From: Raillietiella orientalis
Taxonomy: Eukaryota
Assembly: GCA_036172245.1 (NCBI GenBank)
Contig: JAYWIR010000015.1
Span: 186,001-250,000 of the forward strand
Direction: 5' to 3'
Length of the DNA stretch: 64,000 nt
The notes beneath the pieces are model-generated. The model was not told where the DNA came from and did no database searches. It worked only from the letters and a program-made list of their open reading frames with translations. Below are positions 25,201 through 36,830 of this stretch, in pieces. A program made the position numbers and the translations under genes. The first letter of the stretch is position 1, and each line of letters begins with the position of its first letter.

Positions 25201-27150
25201 ACGTACATTCCTACAAATAAGAAGCAGTTGGAAATACACGTAATAATTATGGGTATTAGCACAGGCCAATTAATCAGGAACAATCTAAGATGTACATCTG
25301 GATACCATGCTTGCTATGACGAGCTGGTTCCGTTCTGCAATTATTCACAAAAGGGTTCTTCTACGTGTTCCTGTGATGATGATTATTAAAAGTTGTACAT
25401 CACGTGGAAAGTTTGCGCATTCCAGTACACCACTTGTGATGCTGGTCTATGTCATATCGAGACTCACGTGTTGCATCGCCGCTCCGAAAAAAAATGATGT
25501 AGCAGGGAACTCTTCAAAAAGGAAAAAAATCCCCAATTTTGCTCTCAGCTTTTCTCCTGGAACCGAATTTTCGCACCAAAATCCATCCTTGCATAAACTC
25601 GCATGCTTGATTTCGGAGAACAATTCTGGTTCTTTCTATCTAAAGGATTGCTTTCTCGGTGCTCCCACCGTGTGGATCCGTGGAAGGGGGGAAAAGTTTT
25701 CAATGATGTGGGAAGCAGGAAGGCCTCGCGCTTCTATCCGCGACTTTTCTGGCATCGTTGCACCGGGCGTCTCTTTCCAATTTTGTGATCAGCAAGGATT
25801 TTCGTGGTTGGCGTCTCCAATAAGGAGTGCGAAGCATCCTTTGTTCAAGAGCCATACTTTGAATGGCTCTCGCGATGTGGTCTGCAAAATGAAAAGAGCC
25901 TTGGGGAATTGTCGAAGAAAACGCACTGAAATTAGCTTTCTGCTTTTTGATTAATAAAGGAGACACTGAGAATCTGCATGCGCTTTCGGTGAACTCCAGT
26001 TTGAATGCTAAAGCGTTAAAGGAGAAGCTTGTGTGAAATTTTCCTTTGGATAGGATTTTCCTTTGGACAGGATAATGGCAAGACCCTGTTGGGAGGCTGA
26101 GTGAAGGGACGTTCTGTTTTGGACAAGCTTTGGTGGAGCCTTCCGTGTCTCCCCGAACCGAACGAGAGAAAGCCTGATTCCACCGCTTCGGTTCTCGGTT
26201 TCCCGGATCAGTCTTTATCGCTCCATTGCAAACACAAGCTGAATGGAGGACCGACAGCGGACTGACAGAATCAGCCCATCAATGCAGCTCAATCCAGCTG
26301 CAAAAGAACACGGCTGGAAGATCTCGTAACCAGTGGATTCCCCGCTGGAGAGCAAGGGCGAGTCCCTACACACTGGGAGCTTCTGAAGTGTGACGCAGCC
26401 CGTTCAGCATCCAACGCCATGAGTGTGCTGAGTGGATGAGAGCCGCGTTTAAATGTCAGCCTCGAGGGTGCTCCGCACCCAAACTACTGATATCCGCAGT
26501 TTATTGAAGCGAACAGGCGAGCATCGGTCACCGAGCACCACGTTTTAACTGTGTCCTGCAAAATCCGCGCTGAGGGTTTCGGCACGAAAATGTCGGATTC
26601 CCTAAGTGTCCATCTACACTCTTGCCTCGTGTTCAAACTTCCTTCGAGAGGCCCATCTTCATGTGGCAGGCTTCTTCTGTTTCAGAGCGGTGGATCTCTC
26701 ATACCGCTGTCCAGTCCGTTGTGAGGTCGAAGAACGATGATAGTCGAAGGGGGATTTCTGACGAGAATTCCTCTCTCACTGGATTCCGGAGAGGAAATCC
26801 TTGATGCTGCAGGGAATCCGTTTCCCTTTTTGGAACTCTGAGATGAAGCAAAAGGTGGTTAGACTCCTCAGGTTTACCATATCGTCCGCAGTGCGAAGAT
26901 GCGCCTCACCACCGATGAAAATCACGACGCACCCCGAGTTGTTGGTCATGTTGGGATGGGGCACATTGCTTGTGCACATGGCTGGCCACAGCCGCAGAGC
27001 TTGCCGACATGAGGTGGCCTCAAACCGACAAGCTAACGTCCGTAGCCCAGGATCACAAGCTTTACTGAATAATGGTCGAGATACGATTTCCTCATCGGAA
27101 GACTTGCAAGACGGCAATGGAGATTTCGGTAAGGGACCATGGAAATCAAG
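19250..27150 (-). mobile_element. Near full-length decayed L1/Tx1-like LINE (APE endonuclease about 25020-23600, RT about 22000-20100, zf-RVT about 19700, putative ORF1 about 25300-27150)
   Basis: CISLNCGEGL, GNAHA (NVYAP), LRDFC (GDFN), LPDS..PFTR..SRRE; PLFLACWNRL..VWRRG, LRPVA..LEILPARL, LLSLEDISKDAF (LD.SKAFD), RLHDPKD (GGLGL.DP), RRASWANPADPKC. The ORF1 call rests on position only. Confidence 0.6.
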
Positions 27151-28299
27151 AAAAAAGCTGACCTTATAATAATCATTGAAGACTGGAAGAAAGGCAAAGC
27201 AATGATTGGGATTTAAAGGTTTGCGTAATTCGTGTAATTCGGCATTGAAATAAATGGAAAGGTAATGGGTTTATAATGCGGAATCGCTAAACCCGATGTA
27301 AAACAAGTTGCAGGAAGCGATCGTGGGAGGAGGTAATCGGGAATTCCTGCATCTCAAAGCGTTTCGTAATTGGGGTTATCTGTAATCAAACTGTTTCATT
27401 ATTTTAGGTTTATTCTGGAAAGACCAAAGCAGACGAGAATTAGTTCAGTAGTGACACTTTGTGTACGACGAAAGGAAAAGCGTCTGCAACGCACGCAAGA
27501 TTGCTAAATATGGCATTAAATTAAGTGATTGCTCTTTGCCCTTAGCATAATTAAGAGTCCAGTTATGCTAAGGCTACCGGTGGCAGCTACTGCATTTGAT
27601 CTTCCATTTGCTTTCGCGACATGGTACGTAAAGGGTTGTAAGGAGGGCTGCTGCAGTGCAGCGCTCACGTTTGATTTGTACGTAGGAAACGCGTTGAATT
27701 GGTGGTTGCTATGAGATTTGTGCAAGTGCGTGCTGGTAGCTATGGTCAAATGTAAAAAAGCGAAACCAATGTGCTTCTCATCTGTAAGAAAAAGTAAAGG
27801 TTTTACATGATGATATTTTTAAAAAAAAGAAAAAAAGGAATTAGTTACTTTATCGAAGGAAATGGATAATTAAGAAAAATTTCAATTACATTCGTGACAA
27901 CAGTTTTAGATTAGACGATACTCTAGAAGACGTGAAATTCAATGAGAATAGATGATTTTTCATTCTTAGTAGTGGATTCAGCTTCCTTTTGTGATGCTTT
28001 ATTTTTGTATCTCCCAAGTATTAGGGAATAACTCGGTCTCCGCCTTCCGAACGCAAATGAAAAACAGCGAAAATACATCCTAGAATGCATCCCTACTATC
28101 CTGGTTACCTCTTCTTATGAAACCATGGAGGAATTTATTTTTAACAGCAGTGCGACTGTGATATCCTAATATTCCAGGAGTCCTGAAAATGTTCTGTCCG
28201 CAGTGAGACAGAAATTTTTCTAATATGGCGATGATTGAGTGGAGGCCAGCTCACTTCATTAAAATGGGAGTGGTGTTTTTTTTTTTTTTTTTTCTCGCA

Positions 28300-31200
28300 A
28301 ATCTTTCCTCCATGAAGCAGAATGAGATCAGAAACCTGAAGTTTTTTTTCTTTTGCGGGATACTCCAAAGATTAAGAACCAGGAAGAATTTCGGAGTAAT
28401 TTGTTGCAAGCATCGTTCTCCTTGTGACAGAGAGGATGAGTTGAAGGGGAAATCCAAGATCCGGAAAACAACAGGATAGAGTCTTCTGAATGATGAAGAT
28501 ATTCGAGAGAAGATTTGTAAAGAACAAACCGCACACCGACATCGTCATAACAACACAGTGGTAAAGAATTTTTTTGCAAAAAATTGTTGTAAGCGTTGTA
28601 AAGAATTTGCGCAGAGTAGTACAGTAAAGAGTAGAAGGGGCGCAGAAGCTAGAGTACAAGTTGCACGTTGTAGATGGAACACGACTTTTCAAGGGTAGCA
28701 ACCAAAATGATAGAAGCAAAGTTTGCTTAGGTAGCTGGTAGGAGATTTGGATTAGGCTGTTACAATCAAAGAGCTGATCAAGCTATCTTCTCCCTTCATC
28801 TACCCGGAATCTCTTCAATCAGGAGAGCCAACAGCTGTCCTCAGTTTGTGAATCCATTCTCATTTTCCGCCACCTTGTTAATCTCCATCATTTCCCATCC
28901 TGACCGGTGACACGTTCATGGTGATGAAAGTGGTGGCTCCCCTAACGGTGGCAAAGTTAAAGGTTCAATCGCAAGATCTCCGCACGAGTGCGTACGTGGT
29001 CGTGGAAAATGAAAAAAAGGGGGAGAGGGGAGATTTCACTAAGAGCAAGGCAGGACTTACAGATGGACTGCAGAGTCGAAAATCGATGATTCTAGGGATG
29101 CAGCCTTTGGTCAAGGATAGCACCAAGACGGCCGAATCACTCCTCCCTCGTGCGAAAGTCAGGACACACGCAATCAGTCTGCTGCAAGAGACCACTCTCT
29201 TCACGTTGCTGATGATGATGTGCATAATGATCAAGTTTTTGAAAATGTTCCCTATTTTTTCTTTTTTGCTCTTTTGTGGTGGTTTTCTGAAGACGGTCCG
29301 GTGTTATCAGCCGACTCTGAAGGCAGCTGACAAACACTGATTGAGCATTCGCACAAAAATAGGATTTAATCTCTGAGGAGATTATGTGACGTGAAGAAAA
29401 CTCTCATGCAACTGATAATCGAATCGAATTTTCTCATCTTGTAAGGAGCAGCACTTAGTTGCGCGAAGGGAAAGCTTTTCCTGTATTCATCAGACGCGTT
29501 CATCTCTGGTGAATATTTTCCACCCGTCAGCGTCTGAGGGCACTGTTTCGAATTTCCTCTGAGCACAACTGTGAGGTGATCTCCTCGTTATCATCATGAT
29601 TCATGATGCTCATTTATAAAGTGGAGATTTGTTGTTATGTGTTGTGTCTTTTCAAAGCATGAAAACCGTGTTTTCATGCTTCCCTAGCAACAGTGAAAAA
29701 TTTCAAAGATCAGCTGAATGGGGGATCTTAGCCAGTTTTAACTCTTTTGATTAATTGCTGCGCTTCAATTGAAATGAAGCTCATGGATTCCTGTGAAGGA
29801 TCAGGGATCATGTGGATCTTTTCTGCGAATGGTTTCCGTGGTGGAACTCCGTCGCTGCGTTCCGAGAGCTCGGTTCTCATGTTCTGCTGCTGCGGATGAA
29901 ACCAGCGATTCTCTGCAGACTTTTTGTATACGAAAGTGAGGAACTTGTGAACCCAAACAGAATTTTTTTTTTTCTCCCTGAAAATGCAACTGCGTGCATG
30001 CTCACCTACGGCACTCCCCTCTTCCTGCACCATAATACAGGAAGTTCTCAGCTGTGTATGAAGGATTTTACACGCCTTCCACATCATTCATTCCAAGGAA
30101 CATACTTCTTCGGAGAGCAGCTCACCCCGCCCCGTGCTTATTCCGGAATTCCTTCTGCGACAGTGCCCGATGTACAATACTGTCTCAAGCTCCCTCACCT
30201 ACAGAGTTCCAGTTTTTCTTTTGTTGTTGATACGATTCCTTGAGGCGGTCCGGAACCCAGGAATGAGAAGATCCAAACAAAACCTTGTGGATTTCAAGGG
30301 TATGCCGGATCATTCTCTCCTTTTCGGATGCTGCTCTGATCTGCGAGGAGGGGTTGGGCGTTTTACAAAGCATCATCTGGGTGTCGTGATAGCAAGATTC
30401 CAGAGATCACTTATCTTGCCCTTTGCTTTCCTCCAGAATACATTTTTGACCGCACTTGTTCAGCGGGAAGCACAAGATACGATTCAAACCAGAAAGCTGG
30501 AAAAATTCCCCAAATGAATCTTCCTCTTTTCGTCTTCAGGAGAGAAACCATTCTAGCTTTCCATCTCCCTCATAAGAGCTGTCAGCTCTTCAGTACCTCC
30601 TTAAGAAACCGTGCTTTTTTCATAGTCCCGTCCTCTTAATTTTTTTCTTTTTACCCTGGTCCTTTCCATGATAGGGCTGCTGCAAGGCGTTTTCCTTGGG
30701 ATGTGGATGAAGGCATCCATCAACCCCAGCAATTTAATCTGTGGGAGATTTCTAGCTTTGTGCTGACCCAACTAATTCAGACTTCTTCCGCCATGCCTAC
30801 ATGATCACGACCAACATCTACGGCCATCCGTTATCTACCATGAAGAAGGAAAGCCACTTCTGAAGAGTGCCACAATCGGAAGCCAAGCATGGAAACCAGA
30901 ATCAATGATGACATTTCCGCTAGCACATCTTCTCTCTTCCTGATCCTTAATTGAGTGGATAGCCGATTTCAAGGTACGACGGAAGCAGCCACTTTTGTCG
31001 TCCTTCCTGGACTAAAAAGCCAACATATAAGTGACGTTCCTCTCAATCTGGTGCGCACCGTAAGCGCAAAGCAAGAGACCGCAATTCTTTTTTGGCACCA
31101 GATGAGACGAAACCGATCCACGGCTGAAGCCCATCCCCGGAACCCTGCCGCATCCTTGCGACACTCCGGATTTATTTCCCGGTTCCCCTGCCACCCAAGG

Positions 31201-31450
31201 TCTCCCAGGACGATCTGCGTGCAAGTTTCGTCGCCCCGCGGAAGGAGGAGACGGTGCCAAGCCAGCAGCGGTGGCGGGCTGGAGACATCCGAGGCAGGAG
31301 AGACGCTTCGACAGGGAGGACGGAAGCCGTGCCTTTCGGACAGCGCAGTAGTCACAAAGCGCTTCAGGAATATTGTTTCCCGGAATAACTCTGCTGGGAA
31401 GGGCTGGAAGTCTGTTCTCCGTGTGAGGGCATTCGGTCATTTCGGCTGAA
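28300..31450 (-). mobile_element. Decayed CR1/L2/Jockey-group LINE ORF2 (endonuclease and RT)
   Basis: GFRPP (YRPP), IVLGDLG (GDFN), ISIEAQQLIKRVKTG (Ev..ik.lk.gK), DEYRKSF..LSA..FFTSHNLL, LIACVLTFARGR..SVSPALL. Confidence 0.55.
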
Positions 31451-32594
31451 GACACGAACCAAAGTTACCCCACATACCGCTCTCTCTTTCAAAACCTTTG
31501 CTTTCGCTCCTCCTCTGCTCGCAGCAGTTCCATTGAATTCCAAGTAGTCTCCGATCCACTGTGGTCCCTACGCAACACGATGCTGTTTGGCGGTCCTTCC
31601 TCTGTCCCCTCAAAACGGAAACTCACCACCGCTCGTGTTCTTTGACCATGGAGTTTTCCACACAGGGAAGGTTTTGCCTTTGCTTTCAATTACCCGGAAT
31701 CGATCGACGCTCTTCCCTTGGTGGGTTCTTCAAGGTTAGGTGGGTTACAACTAAGGAAGTTCTCTTTCCCATGCTTTCCGCTTTATTCGCTTGCTCCATT
31801 CTGATCAAGCTGCATGGAACTCGGAGCTTTCCGCAGCTGCAGGATACGATGATTTCCGGCATTTTCCTTGCAAATCCGCTATGCAGAACTTGTGCTTCGT
31901 TGTCTACCCACAAAACTGCGAAAGAGTGCTGATGCATGACCAGCGAAATGATCGATCGGGAAGCAGCAGTGGAGTCTCGGTGAAAAGTCAACGTGATTCG
32001 ACGGAGTGCAAGCCACTGCGTTCACCTTACCTGAAAATCAAAGTCGACACGTGCCGCCTCAGAACACGGCCACGCAGATGAGTGGATTTGGTGGCCCGAT
32101 GAGGTGTTTAAAGTGTGAAATCGCAAGGTGAGGGCTTTCGATTCTCACCTATCACTGATTAAAACCAAGTTGATTCATTTGAAGACATAGGTTACCGGTG
32201 ATGCAAGAAACAGAACTATTAAGAATGCTGGTAAACTCGCCCTTAATTTTTCCTTCCTCTCCCCATTTTTTTCTCCTAAGGTTCACTAGACGTTAGCGCC
32301 GAGTTGAAAGCAAAGTGTTTATCAGCTGGTGATGGAAGTGAAGAAGCATCCTTGAGATCATGGGACTCAGCAAACAGTGAATTGAGGAAAATTCTTAGGA
32401 AATAGGTGGAGTGTCATAAAAGGAATGACCTTCTCGAGCGGCAAACAGCCCACTGCGTCTCATGGGGGGCGACCTGCAGCCAAAGCTCTTAAACATGGGT
32501 CATGAGAGGCATGTCCGCATCAGCACGGGGGAAGGAAGGAAGTCCTCCCGTTCCCATTCCTAAAACTGGCTGCGCATGCCTTCTGGTTCATCAT

Positions 32595-33408
32595 CCGGTC
32601 ACGCCGGGAAGTTTATTATAAAAAATAAGAAACATACATGTGTAGGGCTATCGGCCCCACAACATCCCCAAATATACCGAACCTGCCGAGTAACCAGCAC
32701 GCAGACAGGCGGGGTTCGCCTCGGCAGCGGAGGGAAAGGGGGCAAACAAAAATAAAAATCAATAAAAAAAACTCTGACGAGCACAGGAAGGCACTGTCCA
32801 CTTCATGAGGAGCACTGTCCACTGGAAGGCGTCCTCTGCATCCTTTCCAGGATGCTGGCAAGTTCCATCCGAGTATGCCCCTGGTGGGGCCATCTTGCGG
32901 CCGTCCTCATGAAGAGCAGGGCGAAGCCGATGGCGTCCCTGTCGCGCCGTTCTCCTCTCGCCGCAATCCCGCGTAGGCAGCAGCATAAGACCTGCTGGGA
33001 ATGCGGCAGGCGAAAAGGCGTCGCTCACGAAGAGGCGCTTCGTCACTTCGCTGGGATCTTCCGTCGGTGCACCAAGGGCAGTGGCGTAAATCAACCACAA
33101 GGGTCGGAGGGCAACACAGTCTACGAGCGGGTGCGGGTGCTAGGATACTCGTTCCCCGCAGCTGCAACAGTTGGGGTCCACAGCCACCCGGGTCCAGTGA
33201 GAGCGACTCACGTTACACGATAGACCCCAGCGCAACAGCAGAAGTGCCGACTGCCACTTCGGGGGGAGGGCTTGGTTGTTCTTCAGAGCTAGGGGCCACT
33301 CGAAGTCTTCCTGTGGGAATCCCAGCAGCTCAACCCAGCCGAATAGTCTTTTCGGTGGGGCAGTTGGGGTCGCAGCGTCCGTGATCTGGCCCGTGGTCCA
33401 ACCACCTA
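32595..33408 (-). repeat. Second copy of the L1/Tx1-like 3' fragment, 812/814 identical to 3005-3818
   Basis: Direct comparison at offset 29590. The only differences seen are G>A at 32609 and 32650. No TSD is evident. Confidence 0.95.
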
Positions 33409-33874
33409 CTTCCTTCGTTCCTTAGCTCTCCTGGAGCTGCCACCGAGTCCTCAATGGAGCAGGCGACGTCCGGGATGATCTGCTCTTCTGTCTACCGACA
33501 AGATCCGGTTGAAGCATGGCGTCGGCTTCCGGTGTCGAATGGCTGAGGGTCACATTACCTTCATTTCCAAAAAGCTCTCCCGTTCCTGTTCCTGAAACTG
33601 GCTACCTATGTCTTTTGTTCTTGCCTCGTCATTCGTCAGTAAGCTAGAAGAGACAGCCGAGTTTTCGGAGGAACAGTGACCAAGTCCTGGCTTATCTGAT
33701 TATGAAATGTTGGTGATCTTCCCAAGCAAATGCAAGGAGTCCTCAGTGTACGTGCAATCATCTCACCTATGCTGACAGATGTCAGATGAGGTAATGCTGG
33801 AAAGTTTCTTGTGATAAAACAGCAGTTACACCTAAAGAGTTCCACCCAGATGATCCATATGCATGCAGGCCGCG

Positions 33875-34475
33875 CATTCTAACTGCTGAAAGTCTGGTAG
33901 CATGCGCTTCCCATGCTCATCAGCTTTCTAAGGTCTCACTGTAATATTTGTCACTACCACTGAGGTCTGCTCGTGAGGCACCATCGGTTGAGCTCATTTC
34001 CCGGACCCTTCTGCGCTTAGCGTTGCGACTCACCTTCTCGCTATCCGCCGCCCTTTGACGAAAAGCTGATTCGTACTTTGACGGTAAGGTGGCTTTCCCT
34101 CAGCGATTTTTGGAGGTGGTATTTGCCGCTTGAATGTCATTTATCTTCAGGGTCGGTTGCTTCAGAGGATGAGTCGTTACGCACTCCTTAGCAGATTCCG
34201 ACTTCGGTGATTGCCACCGTCCTGCTGTCCATAGCAACCGACAGTAACTTCCATGGTGCCTGACGAACATCATCTCATTGGAAGCTCCTTGACCCGAGGT
34301 TCCGTTCATCTAATGGCTCCAGAACTGCTTGCTAAAACAGGTTCGCTGGTCGCGGCAGTCATAGATCTGGCAGCGTGAGCTTCAGAGTTCAAGAGTCGGA
34401 ATTCCCACCCATCTAAAGTTTGAAAAATAGGTGAGATCACTTAGACTCCAAGGTCGAATAGCAATCACCCTTTCA
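33875..34475 (-). pseudogene. 28S rRNA: Degenerate 28S (LSU) rRNA fragment
   Basis: The plus strand matches the reverse complement of conserved eukaryotic LSU blocks in order: AATATTTGtcACTACCAC (~33943), GAGTcGTTACgCACTCCTTAGCaGATTCCGACTT..GCCACCGTCCTGCTGTC (34171-34229), ACCCATcTAAAGTTTGAaAA (~34407). It carries many substitutions and indels. Confidence 0.85.
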
Positions 34476-35749
34476 AGTTTTCTCATCCCCAACTTTAGCA
34501 AAGGACGGACGCGTTCCTTGCCAACGCAAGGAGACTGACACAAAGTTGTGGGAGAGAAAATCGACTTTGTTTCGACTTTGCTCCGCCGCGGTTCAGCAAG
34601 GATGCCTCTCTGTGCGGATTGCGTCATGGGTTGCCTTTCAGAGCAGCGCCAGTTCCGTCTCGCCTTCTGGGTCCGTCCGTCCGGATTATGTTTCTCTTCT
34701 ACTTTTGTCTGATGAAAATTTTGTTCTCCTTCATCCCAAATCGCTGAACTGATTCTCCCTTGAGGTGGTGATCTTTTCTGGCTCTACGATGATTCTCAGA
34801 CAGGAGCGATCTTTGACTTGAAGTCTAGATAGTCTTCAGGATGGAATTTCCATGCATCTTTGTGCCTTTGTATGTGTTTGACCCATCGCTATAGGTGTCT
34901 GTACAGTGTTTGTTTTACTCACGATATCTGTTCTTAGGAATTGCAATCGTTAAAGCAGTTCTAATCTTTAAAATACTCTGATTGTACCATTTAGCACGTG
35001 TTGCATTTGTACCCACTAAACCACATGTGTTGCAGCACTTCCGTACAATCCAACTTCAGCTTCGTCTATTTCGATCTTTCGTTTTTTTTTTTTCAAAATT
35101 ATGAATACAATGACGAGGATGCTGAGTGCACTGAGTACACTGCCACCCGACTGTACACTGTCTTTCCGACTTCTGTGATCTGTGAGGTGGTTTGCTTTGA
35201 AGTTTGCCCTTCTCTGACTGCAACAAGGTTCTTTCTGTTCATTGGCTTTCATGGGTTAAAAATCAGTCTTTTCCAAGTATGATTTCCCGTCCTCAAGCGT
35301 TATCTTTCCACTCGTTCTTTCCTGTGATCTTCTGCAAAGAAGAAGAGTTTTCTCTCGTTCTTAATGCTTCGAGCCACCGTACGGAACGATGGCTCCTGTT
35401 CCAGGCAATGCGACCGTGCCCGCCGTTCCTCCGCACTCGTCCCTGGAACCCGCAATTTCTTGTGGTTCTTGTCCCCGGAAAAATTTTTAGCGGTCCCACA
35501 TATCTCACGTACGCCACCGGCGATCCCGCGAGATCCCTTCTCCCTTTTCCCTCGCCTTCCCCGCGCCCTCTCCGTGCTTCGAAAGCAAAACGCGCCGGAC
35601 GGCACAGGTTTCTTCCTCCCCACTTGCGATCCGTTTCCAGAATCGGGAGTCACGGGAAGCTGGTGAGTTCGCCGCAGAGGAACTCACCGCCTGGGGGGGA
35701 CACATCCGCAGCACCTCCTCCCTTGCGCTCACACCTCCCTCCGCTCAGA

Positions 35750-36830
35750 ATCGCGAGCGCCCACGAGAAAGAAGATCCTTGGAACGGGCTTCACCTTCTC
35801 GAAAACATTCCGCTGCATGCAAAACCTTTGGAGGCAACGAGGTGTGTTCCTTTTCGCAAACCTTTCGAGGGATTGCTGCGCACTGCCTCAGCAGAACAGC
35901 AGGAGGTTCCAGAAACTTCATTGTGCTGCTGCATCCCTCTTCTCGAGACGAACATGTGTTCGCTCCTTTCATCTTCATCACCCAATTGTTCACGGTTTGT
36001 CAGTCGTGAGAGTGCGTTACTACTAAGTACGGCTCGTAATGTGGCTGAATGATTACGAGGACTGGCAGCCCCACCTAGCCAATAAAAGACATTCGGGCAG
36101 ACTTCGCTCGCGATCGCACAAGTACCTCTCGCTTCAGCCGCCCATTCGCACTCTGACACCTTGACATGGTCGTGCCGGTCACTCCGATCCGATGCTGGAC
36201 CCGGTGCAGGACTCGTGCGTGTGGTTTTCGAGCGTTCTGGAACCGGAATGGTTTCACCCCATCGCCATATCCTCCGTTCGATTTTCCTAACAAGTAGGCG
36301 AGTTGTTTTGATTGGAAACGTCTCTTGGGTGGATCTCTTCCGCATTCCATTGAGTATCCCATGCTTTCACTTCGGTTCACAAATACGTCTGCTTTGTGAA
36401 GATCAGTGATCCTTCGCACCCGGGCCACTCGCAGCTGAACTTCTCTCTGACCCTGGGTTCCAAGAACACTCTATTTCGTTAATTCTTAGAATGAGATTTC
36501 CTTTTAAGCAGGGTTTGGAATTTTCAAGAGCCACCTTCATTATCCGTTCTCATCATTCCATTTCATCCTACGTGCACCAGTTGTCGGACAGCACTCGACC
36601 TTTTCCAGAAATTCTCTCATTCTCAAAGAGGTTGAGGGACCTTCCTTTCCATGAGGCTTTTCAGCTTCCGAATGCTTTGCTGCATAGTCGTTTCGCATCT
36701 CAAGTTTTCTTCCAAGTGAACAGATTTCCATTGCTGCATTTTCGTTTCCTTTACGTGAGAGACGATGTCCTCATCTCTTGTTCACGGGGTGCAAACACGA
36801 TGTATCCTTTCGCTATCTTGGGATCGAGCT
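35750..36830 (-). mobile_element. Possible decayed Kolobok/Mutator-like DDE transposase
   Basis: GYIVF..RKRKCSN, CCPTTGARRM, MECGRDPPKR (EC..H..KR), CPNVFYWLGG. All weak matches. Confidence 0.25.

Noticed and set aside
3005..33408. The 814-bp direct repeats as the two LTRs of a 30-kb retroelement
   Set aside because: There are no TG...CA termini, no shared TSD and no PBS/PPT. The repeat encodes a LINE zf-RVT-like tail, and copy 1 belongs to a longer insertion with its own TSD.
35204..36052. Longest ORF (282 aa) as a host gene
   Set aside because: It has no recognisable domain and low-complexity composition, and is likely an antisense reading of a TE remnant. The same applies to 25307-25954 and 60894-61625.
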